From Candidatus Sumerlaeia bacterium (GTDB taxonomy: Bacteria; Sumerlaeota; Sumerlaeia; SLMS01): a stretch of 12,275 bases of DNA. The stretch covers positions 1 to 12,275 of the forward strand of contig JBBQYG010000124.1 of the NCBI GenBank assembly GCA_038208905.1, read 5' to 3'. Position 1 is the first letter of the stretch. Each line of letters begins with the position of its first letter. Positions 1-7,361 of this stretch are shown here, one piece after another. Under the pieces are notes generated by a model. The model worked only from the letters and a program-made list of their open reading frames with translations. It was not told where the DNA came from and searched no databases. Both the position numbers and the translations under genes were made by a program.

Positions 1-288
1 GCAAGACTTTGGCGGCCGCTTCGCTCCGTCCCGGGCCCAGCGTCGATCTGGCCCCCCGGGAGTCCGGGCCGTTTGGCCGGCGGTCGGCAATCTCGCAACC
101 GACCTCAATCGGTTGCGGGAAACGGGGATCAGGTGGGCGCGTTTCGACCACTGCTGGATGGGTCGGCGATGGGCACGACCACGACAGCCGCCCCCCAGGG
201 AATGGCCATTGAGCAATTCCCCGTCAGGGAGCATCCGGTCCTTGTGGAAATTGGGGCGCCGTCCGAGGCGAACTTCTTCCTCTACTGA
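1..288 (+). pseudogene. Probable frameshifted or internally deleted relic (or 3' end) of a secreted glycoside hydrolase-like gene
   Basis: Frame 2 (101-157) reads DLNRLRETGIRWARFDHCW, like the D-x-x-x-x-x-x-x-G-x-x-W-x-R-x-D-x-x-W early barrel motif of clan GH-A hydrolases. Frame 1 (151-288) reads LLDGSAMG...FPVREHPVLVEIGAPSEANFFLY-stop, like a C-terminal beta-domain plus tail. No single frame carries both. The stop at 286-288 lies 22 nt from the convergent lat stop. Confidence 0.4.
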
Positions 289-310
289 CGGCGGCGCCCG
301 TGCATCGCTG

Positions 311-1642
311 CTACTTGGCGCGGTAAAATGCCACGAGCGTGCGCTCGAGGATTCCCAGCGCCTCGTCGATCACTTCACTCGTCACGTTCAGGTGCGGGCG
401 AAACCGCATGCTATGATCGCCACAGAGGAGTACCATGAGGCCGTTCTGGTAGAGCGTCTCCACCAGCTTGCCGCGGGTTGACGGATTCGGAACGTCGAAC
501 GCGATCAGTAGCCCGCTCCCGCGCACGTTCGTGAACAGCCCGGTCCGCTCGGCCATGACGGTGAGCTTCTGGACGATCTCCGCGCCGCGAAGGCGTGCGT
601 TCTCCATCAGGTTCTCGTCCTCGATGATCTCAAGGTAGCGCTTGCATCGCACCATGTCCGTCAGCGAGCCGCCCCATGTGGAGCTGATGCGCGAGGGCAC
701 CGCGAAGACGTTGTCCTTCTCGTCGAGCACGCGCTGCGACGCCACCAAGCCGCCGAGCTGGGCCTTCTTGGCGAACGCGAAAACGTCGGGCGCAACGCCA
801 AGGCCCTGCCATGCCCACGGCTTGCCGGTCATGCCCATGCCCGTCTGCACCTCGTCGAAAAGGAGCAGCGTATCGTGCTCGTCGCAGGTGTCGCGGAGGA
901 ACTGGAGGAACTCGGGGCGGAAGTGGTTGTCGCCGCCCTCGCCCTGAATCGGCTCAATCAGGATTCCCGCGATGTCGTCGGCCTCGCGGGCCATGATCTC
1001 GCGAATCTGCTGCTTGGATGTTTCCTCCGCTGCCAGCGTCGCCTCAAGGTTCGCGCCCGTCATCGGGAACCGCATCTTGGGATTCAGCACGCGCGGCCAG
1101 TCGAACTTGGGGAAGAACTTGGTCTTGTTGGGATCGCTGGTGTTCGTCACCGTCAGGGTGTAGCCGCTGCGGCCGTGGAAGGCCTCCTTGAAGTGGAGGA
1201 TCTTGCTGCCGCGCTCGCCCTTGCCCTTGCGGATGTTGCGGCGGACCTTCCAGTCGAAGGCCACCTTCATCACGTTCTCCACCGCGAGGGCGCCGCCCTC
1301 CACGAAGAAGTACTTCGGGAATCCCTCGGGGCCCACCACGCGGACGAAGGTTTCCAGAAAGTCCGCGTAGTACGGCGTCAAGACGTCCAGATTCGCGATC
1401 TTGATGCGCGAAACCATCAGCAAGTCCTTCTCGTAGGAAGGCTCGAAGAAGCCCGGGTGGTTGTACCCAAGCGGCAGCGAAGCGTAGTGCGACGCGAAGT
1501 CCACCACCGTGCGCTCCAAATTTCGGTCGAACATGTAAGCGCCGTGGCATTTCTCGAAGTCCAGAACCGGGGTGTCTGGATCGATGGGGGTAACCAGGGG
1601 CTTGACGAAATCGACGATTGTGTTGGGCGGCGCGATGCTCAC
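311..1642 (-). CDS. lat: L-lysine 6-transaminase (class III PLP-dependent aminotransferase), 443 aa
   Basis: LAT-typical motifs YASLPLGYNHP, FFVEGGALAVEN-x-x-K-x-AFDWK, AFHGRSGYT, FPKFDWPR, EPIQGEGGD, DEVQTG, FAKKAQ (PLP lysine region) and RISSTWGG. GTG start at 1642 with AGGAGAA RBS 5 nt upstream. The ORF-track extension to 1975 is spurious. Confidence 0.93.
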   Translation of the reverse strand: MSIAPPNTIVDFVKPLVTPIDPDTPVLDFEKCHGAYMFDRNLERTVVDFASHYASLPLGYNHPGFFEPSYEKDLLMVSRIKIANLDVLTPYYADFLETFVRVVGPEGFPKYFFVEGGALAVENVMKVAFDWKVRRNIRKGKGERGSKILHFKEAFHGRSGYTLTVTNTSDPNKTKFFPKFDWPRVLNPKMRFPMTGANLEATLAAEETSKQQIREIMAREADDIAGILIEPIQGEGGDNHFRPEFLQFLRDTCDEHDTLLLFDEVQTGMGMTGKPWAWQGLGVAPDVFAFAKKAQLGGLVASQRVLDEKDNVFAVPSRISSTWGGSLTDMVRCKRYLEIIEDENLMENARLRGAEIVQKLTVMAERTGLFTNVRGSGLLIAFDVPNPSTRGKLVETLYQNGLMVLLCGDHSMRFRPHLNVTSEVIDEALGILERTLVAFYRAK

Positions 1643-1677
1643 GGCAGTTCTCCTGCGAAAATTCCTGAGGGAGCTAA

Positions 1678-1693
1678 TCTCCCCACGGGGAGA
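1678..1693. promoter_or_regulatory. Perfect inverted repeat TCTCCCC-AC-GGGGAGA, operator-like, just downstream of the putative lat promoter
   Basis: 7-bp arms with a 2-nt spacer, starting 4 nt downstream of the putative -10 on the minus strand. Confidence 0.35.
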
Positions 1694-1696
1694 AAC

Positions 1697-1726
1697 AGCA
1701 TGCCCAGCGACCAATCCGCCTGTCAA
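1697..1726 (-). promoter_or_regulatory. Putative sigma70-type promoter for lat
   Basis: Minus strand reads TTGACA (1726-1721), an 18-nt spacer, then CATGCT (1702-1697), about 55 nt upstream of the lat start. Confidence 0.5.
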
Positions 1727-1874
1727 GGACACGGTCCCCGTCGGTCGGGCCCACCGGGTCACAATAGACCCGTGTACAGTCCCCCATCGGGCTTGCACCA
1801 TTCCCCCGCGCGCCCCACGGTTCCCGCTCAGTGCGGCCCAACAGGGCCGACGCCACGAGGAGCCCGGGAACGTC

Positions 1875-2294
1875 GTGCAATTCGTAAAGCTACTTCGCTT
1901 ATTGGTGGCAGTCGGCTTTTTGGCCGGATGCTCCAGTATTCCTTCCAAAGAATCCACCCAGCCTAACTCCGGCAATCAGGGCGAGGCCAAGGCAGAGACT
2001 GCCGCGCCGACCCTCACTCTCGACGAGCTCCGCCCCCTCGTTGAGATTCTCAACTACGAATTCGCCGCTGGCGATTCCCCGACGGTTTCGCTGGTCCTCC
2101 TGAACCGGAAGCCCGCCGAGACACTCGCGCTGGAGATCGCCACCGAATTTCGCAAGGACGATGGCTCCGTCGCCGACCGCACGACTTGGACGCCCGTGGC
2201 GCTGGCGCCATCGGGGCGGCATGGCTATGTGGCGGCGACAACCGACAAGACAGCGGCCAGCGCCGTGCTGCTTGTGAGGAAGGCCGCGCGTTGA
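1875..2294 (+). CDS. Lipoprotein, YcfL/DUF1425-like, 139 aa
   Basis: GTG start after GAGGAG (1857-1862). Signal peptide with lipobox LAGC. The C-terminal domain pattern L-x-N...EF-x-x-x-DG...W-x-x-V-x-L-x-P...A-x-x-A-x-L-x-VR resembles the YcfL family. Confidence 0.7.
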   Translation: MQFVKLLRLLVAVGFLAGCSSIPSKESTQPNSGNQGEAKAETAAPTLTLDELRPLVEILNYEFAAGDSPTVSLVLLNRKPAETLALEIATEFRKDDGSVADRTTWTPVALAPSGRHGYVAATTDKTAASAVLLVRKAAR

Positions 2295-3328
2295 CCTATT
2301 TCCTCCAGAAAGTCCCCATCGCGTTCCTGACGCTAATTCTTGTGGCATCGATGTGTTTCGCACTGACCAAGCTGGCGGGGGAGGAGGCGGCCTTCGGCGA
2401 GAAGAACCCATCCCCCGAGGTGCGCGCCGCGATCATGGCCAAGTGGGGAATGGACCGGCCGCTGCACGAGCAGTACTTCATGCACATGAAAAAGCTTCTG
2501 GTGCTGGACTCGATGGAGTCGCGCAAGAGCAAGCAGAAGACCTTGCGCGATGTCCTGCGCGAGCAGCTTCCCGCGTCGCTGCGGCTGGGGGCGCGGGCGA
2601 TCATCCTGGCGCTCTGCCTGGGCGTGCCGATCGGCGCGATGTGCGCCGTCTATCACAACCGCCTTCCCGACAATGCGGGAACGCTCCTGGCGCTGATGGG
2701 CGTTTCGGTGCCGAGCTTCATCTTTGCCAGTATCTTGATGTATGTACTCTGCTCCAACTGGAACTTGCCCGGCGGTATCAGTTGGACGTCGATGCCGGCG
2801 ATCGGGTGGGACCGGCCCACGACGTCGTTCACATTCTCGGGCCACGAGTTCGTGCTATTGGCGGATATGCCGTCAGGAGAGAAGGGATTTCCGCGCCTCG
2901 CGATGGAGGAAATCCTACGCTTCCGCCTGTGGATACCGGCGATGGCGCTGGGGGCGTTTCCCTTTGCGGCGATTCTGCGCCTGACGCGCGCGTCGATGCT
3001 GGACGCGCTGAACCAGGACTACGTGCGGACGGCTCGCGCCAAGGGCGTCTCCGCCTGGAAGGTCGTCGCGCGCCATGCGCTGCGCAACGCGCTCACTCCC
3101 GTCGTCACGTTCATGGGTCCGGTAACGGCGGGCGTGCTCACGGGTTCGCTCGTGGTGGAGAAAATCTTCGCAATCCCCGGGCTCGGCAAGTTCTTCGTGG
3201 ACTCGGTCAACAACCGCGACATGCCGCTGATCATGGGCCTCACGGTGTTCTATTCCGCGATACTGATAGGGATGAACCTCTTGGTGGACGCGGTGTATCC
3301 CATCCTGAATCCAAGGCTGCGCAGGTAG
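2291..3328 (+). CDS. oppB: Oligopeptide/dipeptide ABC transporter permease, OppB/DppB family, 345 aa
   Basis: N-terminal YFLQK...F-x-L, GMDRPLHEQY, GVSVPSF, EAA-like loop RASMLDALNQDYVRTARAKG, HALRNAL, GSLVVEKIFAIPGLG, NRDMPL and NLLVD...NPRLR. The TTG start overlaps the upstream TGA (TTGA, 2291-2294). Confidence 0.9.
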   Translation: MTYFLQKVPIAFLTLILVASMCFALTKLAGEEAAFGEKNPSPEVRAAIMAKWGMDRPLHEQYFMHMKKLLVLDSMESRKSKQKTLRDVLREQLPASLRLGARAIILALCLGVPIGAMCAVYHNRLPDNAGTLLALMGVSVPSFIFASILMYVLCSNWNLPGGISWTSMPAIGWDRPTTSFTFSGHEFVLLADMPSGEKGFPRLAMEEILRFRLWIPAMALGAFPFAAILRLTRASMLDALNQDYVRTARAKGVSAWKVVARHALRNALTPVVTFMGPVTAGVLTGSLVVEKIFAIPGLGKFFVDSVNNRDMPLIMGLTVFYSAILIGMNLLVDAVYPILNPRLRR

Positions 3329-3335
3329 CCTGCGC
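3319..3335. other. Perfect hairpin GCGCAGG-TAG-CCTGCGC at the convergent oppB / AI-2E junction
   Basis: 7-bp arms with the oppB stop codon as the loop. The AI-2E stop (3336-3338) abuts it. No U-tract on either strand. Confidence 0.3.
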
Positions 3336-4667
3336 TCAGGAGGGGGCTGCCTTGCGCTTCTTCACCACCCTCCACTCTCCCAACGCGCGCTTGCCACTGT
3401 CCTTCTGCCACTTGTTTTCGCGCTCGTCCCAATAGAACTCCTTCACCAGGACGCGGATAATGCAGGCCGCGGGCACCGCCAGGATCATTCCGATCAGGCC
3501 GAAGTTCGCCCCGAAGGCGAGCGCGAAGAGTACCGCGATCGGGTGAAGCTGGGCGCTCTGCCCCACGACCTTGGGCTGCAGGATGAAGCCCTCGATCGCC
3601 TGAATCGCGCCGAACAAGAGGATGAGCAGGCCAACAGCGACCAGTCGTTCCTGGGTGCCATCGTAGGCGCTGGAAAACGCAACGTACAAGAACGCCGGCG
3701 TGGCGCCGCAAATCGTGCCCAGATAAGGCACCAAATTGCCGATGCCGGCGACGATGCCAATCAATAGGGCGTATTGCCCCATCCCGATCAATGTCAGGCC
3801 CAGCCACGTCATCAGGCCGACAAGGGCCGCGGTGATCAGCGACCCGCGGATGAAGCCGCCCACCGCGACGTCCACCTTGGCCAACACATCGAAGGTGCGC
3901 TCGCGGTACGCCGAGGGCACCATCACCTCCATCAGATCGCGCAGCTTGGAGAAATCGAGCAGCAGGTAGATGTTTACCAGCACCGCGAAGAGAAGGAACG
4001 CGAACATCCCGCCGATTCGCATGATGACCGCGAAGACGAACGCGAGGGCGTCGCCGACGAGCTGGAAGCTGTTGCCCGCCGCGCTTCGGACGCCCTCGTT
4101 GCTGGCGGCCTGGCTGAAGATGTCGCTTACCATGATGCCGCGCGCTTCCAGCCGCTGGCTGATCTCCGCCCAGATGCCCGCCATGGTCCGCGGCGCGCCA
4201 TCGGGGGCGGTACCGAACAGCGCCCCTAACCGCCCGATCTGGATGGTCACGAAGTCGCCAATACCGCCCCATGCGCTGCGCGTCTGCGTGATCAGGATCG
4301 GGAGCACCACCGCGAAGAAGCCGGTGATGGCAGCGATGAATACGAGGTACAGGAACAACACGCCGCTGATGCGCGATAGGCGCAGCTTGCGTTGGAAGAA
4401 CGTGACCACGGGATTGAAAACGTAGGCGAAGACCAGCCCCACCGCGAAGGGGAGCGTGGTGACGAGTACCATCCGGATCGCTGGCCAAACGAGGACCAGC
4501 GCGCCAAGGATTCCCGCCGCGATAATCATCATGCCGATGATCAGCGCGATACGGCGGAGCTGCTCGTCCATCTGGAATACTGGGACGCCCTCGACTGGGG
4601 CGGGCGTGGCTGGCGCCGATTCATTCTGTGCGACCGCCGGATCGCGCTTCTTCGCTGGCTCGCTCAT
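3336..4667 (-). CDS. AI-2E family transporter (PerM/TqsA-like), 443 aa
   Basis: Multiple hydrophobic segments and family motifs PF...AYVFNPVV, FIRGSLI, NLVPYLG, QAIEGFILQPKVVG-x-x-x-x-LHP and GMILAVP. ATG at 4667 with GGGAG upstream. Confidence 0.9.
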   Translation of the reverse strand: MSEPAKKRDPAVAQNESAPATPAPVEGVPVFQMDEQLRRIALIIGMMIIAAGILGALVLVWPAIRMVLVTTLPFAVGLVFAYVFNPVVTFFQRKLRLSRISGVLFLYLVFIAAITGFFAVVLPILITQTRSAWGGIGDFVTIQIGRLGALFGTAPDGAPRTMAGIWAEISQRLEARGIMVSDIFSQAASNEGVRSAAGNSFQLVGDALAFVFAVIMRIGGMFAFLLFAVLVNIYLLLDFSKLRDLMEVMVPSAYRERTFDVLAKVDVAVGGFIRGSLITAALVGLMTWLGLTLIGMGQYALLIGIVAGIGNLVPYLGTICGATPAFLYVAFSSAYDGTQERLVAVGLLILLFGAIQAIEGFILQPKVVGQSAQLHPIAVLFALAFGANFGLIGMILAVPAACIIRVLVKEFYWDERENKWQKDSGKRALGEWRVVKKRKAAPS

Positions 4668-4698
4668 GTCGAAACTACTCCCCGCCCGCAATGCCTAT

Positions 4699-5583
4699 TC
4701 ATTCGATTTTTCCACCCTCTTCGCCGCCCTGAAAGGAAAGGGCGCGCCGCGCCTCTCGGCGAATGATTTCCAAGTCGTCGGGTTCCGGGACCAATTCGAG
4801 GTACCTCAGCAAGTCGCGCGCCCCCCGTGGGCCTTCACCGGTTCTCAGGAGGATCAGGCCTCGGTTGCGCAGCTCGCCCGCGTCCGCGGGATCCAGCGCC
4901 AGCAGCCAATCCAGCGTTGTCAGTAGTCTGCCGAAGTCTCCGCGATTGGCGTAGGTGACCTTGAAGTTGTTGAGCACCCGCTTGACGATTTCGAGATGAT
5001 CGGCGGGCGCCATGCAGTCTGCAATCTGCGCGGGTTCAGCATGGGAAATGTCATGGACGCGGGCGACAGCCTTGCGGGTGTCGAGTATCTCCGGCCCGCT
5101 GAAGGGATCGACAAAGCATGCACCGGTATCGGCGGTCGCCCCCACCAGAAAGTGCCCCGGGGTCGCCACGCCGTGCAACTCGATGCCCAGCCGCCGCCCT
5201 AGCTCGATCATGACCACGGCGAGGGAAATCGGCAGGCCCTGACGCCGGGCGACGACTTGGGTCAGCATGCTGTTCTCCGCCGCGTGGTAGTCCTCGCGCT
5301 CGCCGCCAAAGCGCAGCGTCTCGCAGAAATACAGCGCGAAGCGACGCAGTTCCGCCACGGTTTGCGGCGTGGACTGGCCCCGCCCGATTCCCAAGGCGCC
5401 AGCCTCGGCGGCAAAGCGGTCGAGTTCCCTGTGGGCCGGGCGCCACCACTCGCCTTCCAGCAGCGAATCGTGCACGGCGCTCGTCAGCAGCACGGCGTGG
5501 AAAAGGACACCCGGCTCCCCGATGCGGGCCAGCGCCGCGCTAAAGGGCGCGACCTGTGAATCGTGGGCGGATGCGCCTTCCAT
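4699..5583 (-). CDS. SirB1/YchA family protein (transglutaminase-like core plus C-terminal TPR), 294 aa
   Basis: F-x-G-x-x-x-DY-x-x-x-ENS-x-L-x-x-V-x-x-RR-x-GLPISL, GV-x-x-PGHFLV, FVDPF, RVLNNFK, and TPR segment ELRNRGLI...A-x-DL-x-x-YL-x-x-x-P. Starts 4 nt after the upstream stop. Confidence 0.87.
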   Translation of the reverse strand: MEGASAHDSQVAPFSAALARIGEPGVLFHAVLLTSAVHDSLLEGEWWRPAHRELDRFAAEAGALGIGRGQSTPQTVAELRRFALYFCETLRFGGEREDYHAAENSMLTQVVARRQGLPISLAVVMIELGRRLGIELHGVATPGHFLVGATADTGACFVDPFSGPEILDTRKAVARVHDISHAEPAQIADCMAPADHLEIVKRVLNNFKVTYANRGDFGRLLTTLDWLLALDPADAGELRNRGLILLRTGEGPRGARDLLRYLELVPEPDDLEIIRREARRALSFQGGEEGGKIE

Positions 5584-5587
5584 TGCG

Positions 5588-7216
5588 CTAAAACAGCGAC
5601 TGGGTAAACGGCTCCAGCTCCTGCGCCAGCCTCGCCTCGTCCCAGATCGGCAGCATGTGTCCCGCCGTGTATCCGAACCGGTTCAGCACCACGACGTAGG
5701 GGAACTCGTGCACGGCGAACTCCCGGGCCAAAGCCCGATTGCCACGATAGTCGATCTTGACGACCTCGAACCTCGATAGCTGGGGCAAGAGACCTGTGGA
5801 GGCGAGCACACGCTCAAACCGGCGGGACTTTTCCGACTCGCCGGAGAAGAGCACGAGAATGGGCTTTCCCGATGCTTTGGCCGCAGCCTTCGCGGAGTCG
5901 ATCGAGGTGACGAAGTCGGTCAGAGTCTCTTGCTGTCCCGTTCCGGCCAAGGCGATGTCCAGCGGCACGCTCGCGCGCTCCACCGGTGCGGGTTCCGCAA
6001 CGACGGGGGCGGGTGAGGCGAACGGATCCTCCGTCGCGGGCGGTGGAGTGGTCGCCGAGAACGGGCCATCGACAGGCGGAGGAGCCGAGCTGAAGGGGTT
6101 TTCGGCAACGGGGACCGGGGGCGCGCCAAATGGGCTGTCGGCGACCGGGGCCGTCGAGACAAAGGGGTCGGTATTCGCAGCCGCATCCGCCTTGACGCTC
6201 GCAAACGGATCGACTGGCTGATCAATCTCGGGCGCGGCAAAGGGATCGACGTCCGCTGCCGCGGGGGTCGCCTGAGCAGCGAAGGGGCTATCGGGAGGCG
6301 GAGGAGGAAAGGGATTCTCATCCGGTTTTGCGCCCGCCGCCGCGAAGGGGTCGGCTTGCGCGGCCTCTGCCCGTGCAAACGGATCGGCATCGGGGTTGGC
6401 GCTGGTCACCTCCGGGGGCGCACCAAATGGCGAGTCGGAGGAAATGGCCCTCTCCGCCTCGGTGAATGGGTTGGCTTCGGGCGCGGATACGGGATTCTTT
6501 GGCGCCGCCTCCACGTCGAAAGGATTCTCGTTGTCGAGGCTCACGGCGGGAGTGCCGAAAGGGGATATCTCTCCAACCTCGGCCTGCTGCGCCAGCGGTG
6601 CGGCCTGCGCCTCGCGGGCAATCGCCGCGCCGAGCGTGTTGATCTTCGCGTGGCCGATCTCAAGCGCCTCGACCGGCTCGTTGGAAAAGCGCACCGCGCC
6701 CACTGCCAGCGCGAAAGACTTGGTGGAGTCGCTCGCGCCCGTGGCCGTGCCGCCGACAACCATGAGCGTCAAATTCTCGCCCGCCTTGGCTGGAACCGTC
6801 GCCACGCGGACCCATTTCCCGGCGGGCGAATCTGCGGCGCCACCGGGCACAAACTCCACCAGATAGGAATCGTCGAGAGAACCTGACTGCACACGGACCG
6901 TTACGCTGGACGCATTGGCACTCGCGGGCCATGTCACGTCCACAAAGTAATCACCATCCTCCGTCGGCGCCGTCCGGAACGCGGCCACTCCGGTCAGCTT
7001 ACCCGCCTCGGGCAACAGCACGCGGGAGCCGCCCTCTGGCGTCAGCCCGGGAGCGCCGCTGGACGCCGCCTCGTCGGCCCAGGCGCCGGAAACCTCGGTG
7101 TACCGCTCGTGGTTTTTCCCACCTGCTTGGGTTTCGATCAGGATGACCTCCGCGGAAACGCCGCCGACGAGGGCGGGAAGCAGGAGGGTGAGGATTCGCA
7201 TCTGTGGAGGCCGCAT
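5588..7216 (-). CDS. Secreted multidomain protein: signal peptide, CBM/golvesin-C-like beta-sandwich, xPF-repeat disordered linker, Cys-less thioredoxin-fold domain, 542 aa
   Basis: ATG 7216 (alternative 7201) with AGGGA upstream. Signal peptide RILTLLLPALVGGVSA|EV. Beta-sandwich pattern GDYFVDVTWP...GKWVRVA...GAVRF (~7150-6685). C-terminal AKAAAKASGKPILVLFSGESEKS...FEVVKID...LAREFAVHEFPYVVVLN-x-x-G matches a thioredoxin-like fold. Confidence 0.8.
   Translation of the reverse strand: MRPPQMRILTLLLPALVGGVSAEVILIETQAGGKNHERYTEVSGAWADEAASSGAPGLTPEGGSRVLLPEAGKLTGVAAFRTAPTEDGDYFVDVTWPASANASSVTVRVQSGSLDDSYLVEFVPGGAADSPAGKWVRVATVPAKAGENLTLMVVGGTATGASDSTKSFALAVGAVRFSNEPVEALEIGHAKINTLGAAIAREAQAAPLAQQAEVGEISPFGTPAVSLDNENPFDVEAAPKNPVSAPEANPFTEAERAISSDSPFGAPPEVTSANPDADPFARAEAAQADPFAAAGAKPDENPFPPPPPDSPFAAQATPAAADVDPFAAPEIDQPVDPFASVKADAAANTDPFVSTAPVADSPFGAPPVPVAENPFSSAPPPVDGPFSATTPPPATEDPFASPAPVVAEPAPVERASVPLDIALAGTGQQETLTDFVTSIDSAKAAAKASGKPILVLFSGESEKSRRFERVLASTGLLPQLSRFEVVKIDYRGNRALAREFAVHEFPYVVVLNRFGYTAGHMLPIWDEARLAQELEPFTQSLF
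6020..6565 (-). repeat. Protein-level repeat array of 15 [D/N/S/G]PF motifs in an Ala/Pro/acidic low-complexity tract
   Basis: Counted from the translation: 6 DPF, 4 NPF, 4 SPF and 1 GPF within about 182 codons. Spacers and codons are diverged, so this is not a recent DNA tandem duplication. Confidence 0.9.
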
Positions 7217-7361
7217 CGTGATTTCGTCCCTTTGCGTGTCAGGAGAGCATGGCAATGTACTGCGAGCGGAATGGTTGCCCCGCCCGGCCCCTTCGGGCAA
7301 GGAATTTGCACACTCCCGGGCGACTGATGCGCGATTCGCCCACAAAGGAACCCAGCCCGCC

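Noticed and set aside
311..1642. lat as marker of a cephamycin/beta-lactam biosynthetic cluster
   Set aside because: No pcbAB, pcbC or other biosynthetic genes lie in the window, and stand-alone lat is common in lysine catabolism.
875..1966. Long alternative ORFs (875-1966 +, 2353-3435 +, 3250-4488 -, 7239-8291 -, 10308-11039 +, 11103-11900 +)
   Set aside because: They are antisense or off-frame shadows of well-supported genes, expected in high-GC DNA, and have no recognisable motifs.
1643..1975. N-terminal extensions given by the ORF track for lat, the lipoprotein, oppB, the 5588-7393 ORF, ypdA, the 8939 ORF and GH57
   Set aside because: Downstream starts have RBSs, match family N-termini or signal peptides, and remove head-to-head overlaps.
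6020..6565. CRISPR array or DNA tandem repeat
   Set aside because: Repetition exists only at the amino-acid motif level. There are no identical DNA repeats with regular spacers and no cas genes.
7250..7263. Sigma54 promoter-like TGGCAATGTACTGC
   Set aside because: GG-to-GC spacing is 9 nt rather than the required 10.
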